59,798 nucleotides of DNA from an uncultured Bacilli bacterium (lineage in GTDB: Bacteria > Bacillota_I > Bacilli_A > RF39 > UBA660): NCBI GenBank assembly GCA_949841325.1, contig CATKZK010000005.1, positions 1-59,798 of the forward strand, in the 5' to 3' direction. A model generated the notes under the pieces. That model made no database searches and was not told where the DNA came from. It worked only from the letters and a program-made list of their open reading frames with translations. Positions 18,971 through 28,135 of this stretch are shown here, in pieces. The translations under genes and the position numbers were made by a program. The stretch's first letter is position 1, and the number at the start of each line of letters is the position of its first letter.

Positions 18971-19675
18971 CTATTCATAAAAATGATGTAGAAGAATACT
19001 GGTAGCCATTGCTACATTTAAACTTTCACAAGCAGGATTCATAGAAATGTGAATTTTTTCATGAGCATATTGGGAGACCTCATCAGATACTCCTGCCCCT
19101 TCATTACCAACAATTAATCCAAAAGGCTTTTTTACTTTCACTTCTTTTAGTGAAGTTCCCTCTAAAACATCCGTTGTATAAAACGTCATTTCCTGTTCCT
19201 TACTTTTTATAAAATCTCTTATATCAGTCACTATATAATTCATTCTAAAAAGCATACCTTCACTGGAACGCAATACTTTCGTATTATATACATCCACTGT
19301 ATGAAAAGAGGCAACAATCGTATCGATTCCAAAGGCAACAGCACTTCTAATAATAGTTCCTAGATTCCCTGGATCTTGAAGACCATCAAGAAGCAAAACA
19401 TTTCCTTTTATCTCCCGCGAATCCATCATTTTACATACAGCAAGAACCGTAGGTGGTGTTGTAAGTCCTGAAAGCTTTTTCATCACTTCACTACTTACTT
19501 GTGTGGCATTTTCACGTTCCTCTAATGAAAAAAATTCTACAACTTCTCCATGTTTTAAAGCTTCTTCAACCAGATGTTCTCCTTCGATGATAAACTGATG
19601 CATCTTGTCTCGATATTTCTTCATCTGCAATTTAGCAAATTCTTTTACTCGTTCATTTTGTACAGATGTAATCAT
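18971..19675 (-). CDS. TrmH/SpoU RNA methyltransferase
   Basis: QDPGNLGTIIRSA, GNEGAG, ESLNVA. Confidence 0.93.
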   Translation of the reverse strand: MITSVQNERVKEFAKLQMKKYRDKMHQFIIEGEHLVEEALKHGEVVEFFSLEERENATQVSSEVMKKLSGLTTPPTVLAVCKMMDSREIKGNVLLLDGLQDPGNLGTIIRSAVAFGIDTIVASFHTVDVYNTKVLRSSEGMLFRMNYIVTDIRDFIKSKEQEMTFYTTDVLEGTSLKEVKVKKPFGLIVGNEGAGVSDEVSQYAHEKIHISMNPACESLNVAMATSILLHHFYE

Positions 19676-20313
19676 TCTCTTAGCTCCTTCCTTGCTTCTT
19701 TATATCTTGGGTAATGAGCTTCTACACATTCCCAAAATTGTTTTGAATGGTCCATATGGGAAAAATGCGAAAGCTCATGAACAATTACATAATCAATGAG
19801 ATAAGGTTTCTTATGAATTAAAAGAGAATTTAAAGTAACAGTCATACTCCCTTGATTACAAACACCCCATCTACTTTTCATCTTCCGAATTCGAAGGCGA
19901 AATTTAGGAAGAGAGGCAAAGGAATTTTTATATAAATCCAACCGACTTTGAAAATAAGGGAGTGCATGTTTTTCTAAATAGGCGTTAATATCATCTACAG
20001 ATGGTCCAAATGCCATATTCCCTTCAAACATAACTTTTTTATAATAGACAAAATCCATCTCTTCTCCTAAATAGAGGACTTTTTCCACCCTTTCATTTCT
20101 TTTTTTCGCTTTTTCCCACATTTTCTCAAGAGATTTACGATTTTTTTCTAAGAGTTCATCGATCATCTTTTTTGTCACTTTCTTTGAACAAGTCACATAA
20201 ATTTGCATTTCCTCATTAATCCGAAAATAGATATTTTTTATTTTCTTATATTCAACGATTACTTCTACTTCATGTCCATTTAATTCCATTCTCTTATTCT
20301 CTCCATAATTCAT
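19672..20313 (-). CDS. YgjP-like (DUF45) zinc metallohydrolase
   Basis: MKSRWGVC, YVIVHELSH, HSKQFW. Confidence 0.88.
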   Translation of the reverse strand: MNYGENKRMELNGHEVEVIVEYKKIKNIYFRINEEMQIYVTCSKKVTKKMIDELLEKNRKSLEKMWEKAKKRNERVEKVLYLGEEMDFVYYKKVMFEGNMAFGPSVDDINAYLEKHALPYFQSRLDLYKNSFASLPKFRLRIRKMKSRWGVCNQGSMTVTLNSLLIHKKPYLIDYVIVHELSHFSHMDHSKQFWECVEAHYPRYKEARKELRE

Positions 20314-21145
20314 ACATATTTTTTAGTTCTTCTTTTGTCTTCCCCACTCCATACTGGAAGGTTTCTTTTACATTCTTCCAGGAAATATCAAGTTCGCTTT
20401 TAATTGAATCAAAATCTTTTTTTAATGTTTCACATTGCTCTTTATCTTCCTCACAAAGGGTATTAACAAATTGTAAATACTGGGCAATTAATTTTGTCTT
20501 CATGGAAGTAATTTTTTTATCCACTGTTTGCTTATATTTTGGAAAGTGTTTTTCAATCTTATGATCTATCAATAGTAGATAATATACCACTTTCGCTTTT
20601 GAAGTATCTTTCAACTCAGCAAATGTTACACCATTGATTTTTCCTTCAAAAAAAACAAAATCAATCATCTCATTTACAAAGGTTTTCGCCTCTTTAGATA
20701 TCTTTTTTGAAGAGCCATCAAAACTTTTTTCAAACTGCTTGATTTTGGCAAGAAGATTTTCTTCTTGTTTTAAGGGAAGTGTCGTATGTATTTCTTCTTT
20801 CTTTAAAGATTCCTCTGATACGACCGTTTTTTTCATTTCTTCAGCACCCACTAAAACTCGCACTTCATTTGGCGTAATACTCTTGAATTCATCATCAAAA
20901 TAAGTGACTAAAATAAAATCTCCCTTTTCTAGTGGTTCTCTAGTATTGATTAACCATTCTTCTGTTTCTGATACAGGAATCACTTTTACATATTCCTCTG
21001 TTGTCTCTAAAACAGTGGCATAAAGTGTATTTACAGTCTCTTTCTTTTTATCTGACTGAAAGGAAACTTGATGAATAAGAAAAAAAGCAAATCCGCCAAT
21101 AAGAATAGTAAAGAAAAAGAGAACACTAAATGTTCGTTTTTTCAC
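20294..21145 (-). CDS. Membrane-anchored hypothetical protein
   Basis: N-terminal TM helix; overlaps der stop and downstream start. Confidence 0.75.
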   Translation of the reverse strand: MKKRTFSVLFFFTILIGGFAFFLIHQVSFQSDKKKETVNTLYATVLETTEEYVKVIPVSETEEWLINTREPLEKGDFILVTYFDDEFKSITPNEVRVLVGAEEMKKTVVSEESLKKEEIHTTLPLKQEENLLAKIKQFEKSFDGSSKKISKEAKTFVNEMIDFVFFEGKINGVTFAELKDTSKAKVVYYLLLIDHKIEKHFPKYKQTVDKKITSMKTKLIAQYLQFVNTLCEEDKEQCETLKKDFDSIKSELDISWKNVKETFQYGVGKTKEELKNMYELWRE

Positions 21146-22455
21146 TTTTCTTCGCCCCGATTCTTAAATTGTAAAATGATTGGACTACCTTCTAAATCAA
21201 TCGATTCTCTTATCTTATTTTCTAAATAACGTCGATAAGAAAAATGAACAAGAGATTTTGAATTCACATGGAAAGTAATTTTAGGTGGCTCACTGCCTGT
21301 TTGATTGACAAAATAAATCTTTAATCTTCTTCCCTTGTAAGATGGTGGCTCGTGTAGCGCAACGGCATCCCTTATAATATCATTTAAAACACTCGTTTTT
21401 ATTTCCTTTGTATAAGAAGAATGAGCCTTGATAACGGCAGGCATAAGCGTATGAATACGAGTTTTCATCATTGCCGATAAGAAAATAACAGGGACATAAG
21501 GAATAAATTGAAACTCATTTTCGATTTTTTTCTTCCATTCTTTCATAGCTTGATCTTTATTTTGAACGGTATCCCACTTATTGACAACTAAGACAATGGC
21601 TTTTCCAAGTTCTAAGGCGTAAGATACAATATGCTTGTCATGTTCAATAATTCCCGCATAGGCATCTAATACCACTACACAAACATCACTTCGCTCCATT
21701 GCTTTAAGACTACGAATTAACGAATACTTTTCAATGTTTTCATAAATTTTTCCTTTTTTACGCATTCCTGCAGTATCAATGACTAAGTAATCTTGATGTT
21801 CATAGGTAAATCTAGAATCGTTGGAATCTCTTGTAGTTCCTGCAATATCAGAGACAATTTGTCTTTCACTTCCTAAAAGAGCATTGACTAAACTACTCTT
21901 CCCCACATTAGGTCTTCCAATCACCGAAAAGCGAATTGCTTCATCTTTTGGTTCTGTAAGGTAAGGAGAAAAGTCATGTACTATCTCATCTAATAAAACA
22001 TTGATATTGCGTTTATGTTCTGCAGAAACAGGAATAATAGGATCAAAGCCTAGTTCATAATAGGCATATACTTTATCTTCATGTACTTTATCGTCAATTT
22101 TATTTAAGGCAACAATGACTCTTTTTTTACTACGTATAAGTAAATCTCTTACAGCTATATCATTAGACGTAATTTCTTCTTTTCCATCGACGACAAAGAC
22201 AATCACATCTGCTTCTTCTATCGCTATTTCTGCTTGCAAACGAATATTTTCATTGAATGTCGCATTTTCTAAATCAATTCCTCCTGTATCAATAAGAGAA
22301 AATGATGTATCTTTATAATTTACAATTCCATAAAGTCGATCTCTTGTTACACCAGGTAAATCATCAATGATGGCTTTTTTTTCTCCAATAAGGCGATTAA
22401 AAAGTGATGATTTTCCCGTATTAGGTCGTCCAATCAAACATACAGTTTTTCGCAT
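21142..22455 (-). CDS. der: Ribosome biogenesis GTPase Der
   Basis: Two G domains GRPNxGKSS, DTGG/DTAG, NKxD. Confidence 0.98.
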   Translation of the reverse strand: MRKTVCLIGRPNTGKSSLFNRLIGEKKAIIDDLPGVTRDRLYGIVNYKDTSFSLIDTGGIDLENATFNENIRLQAEIAIEEADVIVFVVDGKEEITSNDIAVRDLLIRSKKRVIVALNKIDDKVHEDKVYAYYELGFDPIIPVSAEHKRNINVLLDEIVHDFSPYLTEPKDEAIRFSVIGRPNVGKSSLVNALLGSERQIVSDIAGTTRDSNDSRFTYEHQDYLVIDTAGMRKKGKIYENIEKYSLIRSLKAMERSDVCVVVLDAYAGIIEHDKHIVSYALELGKAIVLVVNKWDTVQNKDQAMKEWKKKIENEFQFIPYVPVIFLSAMMKTRIHTLMPAVIKAHSSYTKEIKTSVLNDIIRDAVALHEPPSYKGRRLKIYFVNQTGSEPPKITFHVNSKSLVHFSYRRYLENKIRESIDLEGSPIILQFKNRGEEK

Positions 22456-22516
22456 TGTTCTCCCTCCTTTTTATTGCTCTTATTTTAACAGAAAAAATCC
22501 CGTTTGGCAAACGGAA

Positions 22517-23116
22517 TTACTTGCGAAGTCTAGGATATTCTTGCCCAAGTGTTGGAGTATTGCTTACGACATCACACTTTGCTTTATCAAATGTCGTATA
22601 AACACGGTTATATTTATAATAAACGTATACATAGCACTGATTAATAATATTGTTTGTATGAGGATTAATGACAATATCATTGTAGTTTTTCTTTTCTTCA
22701 TCTGTCGAACAATTCAGACAGACATCTTTTTCATCATATTCTAAGTCATGACTGCCAATTAAATCTTCAACAGTTGTTCGAATACACCAGTACTCGTTTT
22801 CTGAAAGAGAGGCAGATTCACTATAGGTTTTAGGAATATAATCGATGCCCTTAATTGTATCTCCTTCAATTTGTAGTTTACAAGTATGATGACTTGATGT
22901 GTTTTCTATATCCATTCCTGTTCTTACAAAAGCCAAATTGGTCTGTCCATAACTTGAAGCGGCTTGTTCAATTAATTCAATCTTTGTGTCATAAGCTTTC
23001 TTTTTCACATTTCCTGCTAGTTTTAAAGAGGCTGGAAGGGCAATCGCTAAAAGTAAACCAATGATAACAATAACCGCTAATAATTCTACTAATGTAAACG
23101 CATTTTTCTTCTTCAT
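22517..23116 (-). CDS. Type IV pilin-like protein
   Basis: Class III signal KKKNA|FTLVELLAVIVIIGLLLAIALP; Cys-rich head. Confidence 0.9.
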   Translation of the reverse strand: MKKKNAFTLVELLAVIVIIGLLLAIALPASLKLAGNVKKKAYDTKIELIEQAASSYGQTNLAFVRTGMDIENTSSHHTCKLQIEGDTIKGIDYIPKTYSESASLSENEYWCIRTTVEDLIGSHDLEYDEKDVCLNCSTDEEKKNYNDIVINPHTNNIINQCYVYVYYKYNRVYTTFDKAKCDVVSNTPTLGQEYPRLRK

Positions 23117-23207
23117 TTTTATCTCTCACCTATTATAAATTCTAACAAAAAACAAAAGAATTGTCTATAAATTCTCTTGTTTTCAAAGTGGGCTTGACAG
23201 AACCTTT

Positions 23208-23798
23208 TTAAACTTCTTCTAAATAAGAGCTTAGAATCGAATAAAGTTCTTCTCTTCCCTTTTTAGTTACAGAGGAAAAAATTACAAGTTTATCATTTGG
23301 CATTAATTTTAGGGATTCCTTTAGATTTTTCTCACATTTGTCTTTTTGACTGGCCTTCACTTTGTCAAATTTTGTTGCGACGACAACAGTTGGCAGTTCA
23401 TAATATTTTAAAAAATTATACATTAAGATATCATTTTCTGTTGCTTTATGACGAAAATCAATAAGTAAAAAGACACATTTTAAATTTTCTCTAGTGGTCA
23501 AATATTCCTCAATCATAAGACCAAACTTTCTCTGCTTTTCTTTAGAAACATCGGCAAATCCATATCCAGGAACATCTACTAAATAAAAAGCATTGTTTAC
23601 AAGATAAAAATTAAGAGTTTGTGTTTTTCCTGGTTTTCCTGAAGTATGAGCATAATTCTTACGACCTAAAATTGTATTAATAAAACTACTTTTTCCAACA
23701 TTACTTCGTCCACATAAGACAAATTCTGGCAAACCATCTGTTGGATACTGACTTGTTCTAACCGCGATAGTCTCTAAATTTGAAGATTCAATTTTCAT
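23208..23798 (-). CDS. engB: GTPase EngB/YsxC
   Basis: GRSNVGKSS, PGKTQTLNFY, DVPGYG, TKFD. Confidence 0.97.
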   Translation of the reverse strand: MKIESSNLETIAVRTSQYPTDGLPEFVLCGRSNVGKSSFINTILGRKNYAHTSGKPGKTQTLNFYLVNNAFYLVDVPGYGFADVSKEKQRKFGLMIEEYLTTRENLKCVFLLIDFRHKATENDILMYNFLKYYELPTVVVATKFDKVKASQKDKCEKNLKESLKLMPNDKLVIFSSVTKKGREELYSILSSYLEEV

Positions 23799-23926
23799 AA
23801 TATTCTCCCCTCACTTGTCCTTATTATAATAGATTTTTGTTTTCTTTTCAATTCATACATCACATTATTTTTATCAAAAGGCTTTCAAAAATAAGGAGAA
23901 TACGTTATAATGGAAATGGTGATACT

Positions 23927-24493
23927 ATGTTTTATCCAGGTAATAAAACAAAGGAATATAAAAAGAATATCAACTATGCCAATCGTGGAATGGATCTAGA
24001 AGATATGATTAACCAAAGTAATACTTATTACTTAAGTGAAAATCGAGCAGTCATCTATAAAAAACCGACACCCATTACAATCAGTGAAGTGAGGTATCAA
24101 AAAACAGAAAGAGTCATTACGAAGGCGTATTTTAGAACCCCTTCTACACTAGATTATAATGGTTTATATAGAGGCATATATTTGGATTTTGATGCCAAAG
24201 AGACTAAAAACAGGACTTCATTCCCTCTGAGTAACTTACATCACCATCAATATGAACACATAAAAAAAGTGATTGAACATGGGGGTATTTCTTTTTTAAT
24301 TATCTACATGAATGGCTTATTTTTTTATTTAGATGGGCATGATATCATTGATTTTATAGAAAATTCGACAAGAAAAAGCATTCCCTATTCGTTTATCGAA
24401 ACGAATGGACATCCAATAAAGCAAAAAATAAGACCTCGTTTAGACTATTTAGAAATTATTGATACACTTTATTTTAAGGAGGGATCTCATTGA
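23927..24493 (+). CDS. recU: Holliday junction resolvase RecU
   Basis: NRGMDLE, KKPTP, DYNGLYRG..DFDAKET; ATG 23927 preferred. Confidence 0.96.
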   Translation: MFYPGNKTKEYKKNINYANRGMDLEDMINQSNTYYLSENRAVIYKKPTPITISEVRYQKTERVITKAYFRTPSTLDYNGLYRGIYLDFDAKETKNRTSFPLSNLHHHQYEHIKKVIEHGGISFLIIYMNGLFFYLDGHDIIDFIENSTRKSIPYSFIETNGHPIKQKIRPRLDYLEIIDTLYFKEGSH

Positions 24494-27400
24494 CAACAAA
24501 GAAAAAAACAACCAAGAAGAAAACAAACTCTTCCCCAAAATTGCCGCCAACAAAACAAAAAAAGAAACTAAACCAAGAACTTATTTTAAAATATGGGCAA
24601 ATCTTTTTACATTTTATTGTCACTTTTTTTGTAACTTTGCGTAAAGTTTCCTTAAATTGTGTAAAAAAGATTAAAAAAAGGAAGAGAAAACAATATAATA
24701 CTGTTAGACAACGCACGGATTATTCAAAAGAAAAAAGCAATACCCTAAAAGATAAGGAAGAACAAACACCTGTTTTGCTCTCCTACCAAGGGATTAAAGG
24801 AATAAAGAAAATTCCTATTTTCTTTAAAAATAGAATAAAGGTGATGAAATACGATATGAAAAAATTTAAGAAAAAATTTAAATATGGAACATTAAAAGAT
24901 AAACTGCTGATTATCTTTATGATTGGACTTATCTCGATTATCTCCATTGGTATTTGTTTTTGTGGATTTATTATCCTAAATGCTCCAGAAGTAAATGAGG
25001 AAAGACTCTATAAAAATAATTCGACCATTCTTTTAGATGCTGAGGGTAATGAATTTGCAAGACTTGGTCTTGAGAACCGCGAGAAATTAACCTATGATGA
25101 ACTTCCTGAGGTTTTAATCGATGCCATTGTTGCAACAGAGGATTCGCGTTTTTTCCAACACAATGGAATCGATTTGGCCCGTTTTATCAAAGCTTCTTTT
25201 GGACAAATTCTTGGAAATTCTAATGCAGGTGGTGGTTCGACACTTACGATGCAAGTTTCAAAAAATGCAGCAACCAATCGAAATGCTCACGGTCTTGCAG
25301 GAATTATCCGAAAATTTACCGATATCTATCTTTCTGTATTTGTCTTAGAAAAACAATATACAAAAGAACAAATTATGGAATTTTACGTTAACATACCTGA
25401 TTTAGGTGCACGCGCATTTGGTGTAGAACAAGCCAGCCAAATCTATTTTGGAAAATCTGCAAGTGATTTAAACTTAGCCGAAGCAGCAATGATTGCGGGG
25501 TTATTTCAAGCTCCTACAGCCTTTAATCCATATGCGCATCCAGTCGCTGCGGAAAACAGACGAAATATTGTATTAAATCTGATGTACCGTCATGGGTATA
25601 TTTCTGAACAAGAACGTGATGCTGCTAAAGCAGTTCCTGTAAAGAGTCTACTTGTTGGGCAAAAATCAAGTGTCAATAACTATCAAGACTTTATCGATAC
25701 ATTACATTATGATGTTATTAATAAAACAGGAGACAATCCAAATTATGAATCGATGATTATTCATACGACCTTAATGCCAAAGAAACAAGATGTTGTCGAT
25801 AAAATTATGAGAGAAGGTGTAAAAAACTTCCGTTGGAAAAACGATAAAGCTCAAGCAGGTATTGCTGTTATCGATGTCGATACGGGTGCTATTGTCGCTG
25901 TTGGAGCATCTCGTGATGAAGCCGCACTTGTTACAAACTTTGCAACAGAAGTTCCAAGACAACCTGGTTCCACCGCTAAACCAATTCTCGATTATGGTCC
26001 TGCCATTGAATACTTAAACTGGGGAACAGGTCAAACCATTATTGATGAAAAGTACTCTTATTCAAGTGGTACAAGCATCAAAAACTGGGATAATAAATTT
26101 AAAGGAGTCATGACGATTAAAACAGCTCTAGCACAATCTCGAAATATCCCTGCTCTCTTTGCTTTCCAACAGACGACCAATGAACAAAAAGCTGAATTTG
26201 CAGCAAACTTAGGTTGGAGTCCAGAGACAAATGGCAATGGAACGATTTTAGAATCTTGCTCGATTGGTGGATTTGACGGTGTTACTCCTGTTCAATCAGC
26301 TGCAGCATTTGCTACATTTGCACGAGGCGGAACTTATATTGAACCCTTTACATTTACTAAAATAGAATACGTTGATACTGGCGAAGTTTATGAAAATAAA
26401 CCAAAAAAAGTCGTTGCAATGAGTGAAGAAACCGCATACTTAATCAATGTTATCTTAAAATATGCGGTAACGAGTGGACAGATTGGTACAGGTTCTATCA
26501 GTGGAACAGACATTGCAGCAAAAACAGGAACATCAACGATTGATGCATCAGCTAAAAAAGCCTATGGTATCAAAGCAAATATTATTGGAGATTCTTGGGA
26601 AGTTGCTTACTCTCCTGATTATGCCATATCAACATGGTATGGATATGAACCGCGTATTAGTAAAGACTATTACTTAACAGGAACAGAAGGTGGTAATGCC
26701 CGTAAAGAGTTTACCAAAGCTTTAGTAAAAGGTATTATGGAAAAAAATTCACGATTTAAGAAGCCAAAAGGTATTGTCTCTGCAGAAATCGAATTAGAAA
26801 CTGATCCAGTACAACTAGCAAGTGCACATACACCAAAAGAATTAAGAAGTACAGAATATTTCAAAAAAGGTGCTGCTCCAACGGATGTATCATCACGTTT
26901 TGACACTTTAGCAAATCCAAGTAATTTGAAATACTCTTCTACTGCTTCTTCGGTTACCTTATCATGGGATGCAACTCCTACGCCTAAGGCCATTGATCAA
27001 AATTACTTAACAGAGTATTTTAACAATTCTAAAATATATAAACCATGGGCTAATAACTACTTAAATAAACGCATAAGTTATAACAATTCGACATTTGGAT
27101 CGTTTGGATATCGAGTCTATTTAAAAAATGCCTATGGCACCCAAGATTTAGGATTTACAACAAATACGACATTCACAACCAATGTACAATTTGATGCGAC
27201 GACAACCTTTATCGTCAAATCATCTTACCAAAAATTTACGGCAAATCAATCGACAGGTATATCTGTAGCTGTTGCTCCAAATTCACAGAGCAATAACAAC
27301 GTACCATCGACAACAAATCCATCACAAAGTACTACAGCTGCTGCTTCAAACTTGAATATTTATTATCTAGGTCCTCAATGTTCAACTGTTGATGATTATA

Positions 27401-27624
27401 AAGCATTAGGTTCTAATCCTCGTGATAAGATAAAAGTTGTAGCAGATGGTCAAGATGTAACATCTAGTGCTAATATAACAGCAGAATGTTGCCTTGCTGA
27501 TAATTTAGATAGCTGTGGCCACTGTAGTAATTTAGTAAGTGGTACAAAGTATTCGATTACATTTACTGTAAAATATCAAAAGTTAGAAAGGAATAAAATT
27601 GTAACCCTTTCATCTAGTTGTTAA
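24490..27624 (+). CDS. ponA: Class A penicillin-binding protein PBP1A with long basic N-terminus and FN3-like C-terminus
   Basis: EDSRFFQHNGID, GGSTLTMQ, STAK, SRN, KTG; recU-ponA synteny. Confidence 0.93.
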   Translation: MTTKKKTTKKKTNSSPKLPPTKQKKKLNQELILKYGQIFLHFIVTFFVTLRKVSLNCVKKIKKRKRKQYNTVRQRTDYSKEKSNTLKDKEEQTPVLLSYQGIKGIKKIPIFFKNRIKVMKYDMKKFKKKFKYGTLKDKLLIIFMIGLISIISIGICFCGFIILNAPEVNEERLYKNNSTILLDAEGNEFARLGLENREKLTYDELPEVLIDAIVATEDSRFFQHNGIDLARFIKASFGQILGNSNAGGGSTLTMQVSKNAATNRNAHGLAGIIRKFTDIYLSVFVLEKQYTKEQIMEFYVNIPDLGARAFGVEQASQIYFGKSASDLNLAEAAMIAGLFQAPTAFNPYAHPVAAENRRNIVLNLMYRHGYISEQERDAAKAVPVKSLLVGQKSSVNNYQDFIDTLHYDVINKTGDNPNYESMIIHTTLMPKKQDVVDKIMREGVKNFRWKNDKAQAGIAVIDVDTGAIVAVGASRDEAALVTNFATEVPRQPGSTAKPILDYGPAIEYLNWGTGQTIIDEKYSYSSGTSIKNWDNKFKGVMTIKTALAQSRNIPALFAFQQTTNEQKAEFAANLGWSPETNGNGTILESCSIGGFDGVTPVQSAAAFATFARGGTYIEPFTFTKIEYVDTGEVYENKPKKVVAMSEETAYLINVILKYAVTSGQIGTGSISGTDIAAKTGTSTIDASAKKAYGIKANIIGDSWEVAYSPDYAISTWYGYEPRISKDYYLTGTEGGNARKEFTKALVKGIMEKNSRFKKPKGIVSAEIELETDPVQLASAHTPKELRSTEYFKKGAAPTDVSSRFDTLANPSNLKYSSTASSVTLSWDATPTPKAIDQNYLTEYFNNSKIYKPWANNYLNKRISYNNSTFGSFGYRVYLKNAYGTQDLGFTTNTTFTTNVQFDATTTFIVKSSYQKFTANQSTGISVAVAPNSQSNNNVPSTTNPSQSTTAAASNLNIYYLGPQCSTVDDYKALGSNPRDKIKVVADGQDVTSSANITAECCLADNLDSCGHCSNLVSGTKYSITFTVKYQKLERNKIVTLSSSC

Positions 27625-27650
27625 AAGAGGTAAAAAAAGCCTCTTTTTTT
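27625..27650 (+). terminator. Intrinsic terminator after ponA
   Basis: AAAGAGG...CCTCTTT plus T run. Confidence 0.65.
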
Positions 27651-27736
27651 AGTGAATAATATCGATTTCTTAGGCATAATTTTGCATTTTTTCTAATAAT
27701 ATGGTAATATAGCACCAATTCGAAGGGGGATATATT

Positions 27737-28036
27737 ATGAATTATCAAGATTTCCTAATTGAGGTCAAGACAAAATGGACAAAATGTACAGACGGTTATG
27801 AAAGAGAAATCATTCAATACAACTGTATTCCTGGCGAGGTTATCGATAAACCAATCTTTGCATGTCGCTACTTAAATGCTATCAATCACAAGACAGAAAA
27901 AAAGGATCATATTGATTCTAATGAAATGATTATTCATGCGATTTATACTAAAAATCATGAAGAAATCAAAACACCAACAGAATTGATAAAATGCTTACTT
28001 GACTATACAGAATATCAATGGAAATACGAAGGCTAA
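27737..28036 (+). CDS. Hypothetical protein
   Basis: AAGGGGGA RBS, own terminator at about 28030-28050. Confidence 0.65.
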   Translation: MNYQDFLIEVKTKWTKCTDGYEREIIQYNCIPGEVIDKPIFACRYLNAINHKTEKKDHIDSNEMIIHAIYTKNHEEIKTPTELIKCLLDYTEYQWKYEG

Positions 28037-28135
28037 AGCAGCCTTTTTTTCATTAACTTTCTACTTTTAAGTTGACTCTCATTGCTTCCCTATTGTATAA
28101 TTATTATGGAATAGAATAGATAGGGTTGATTTTAC

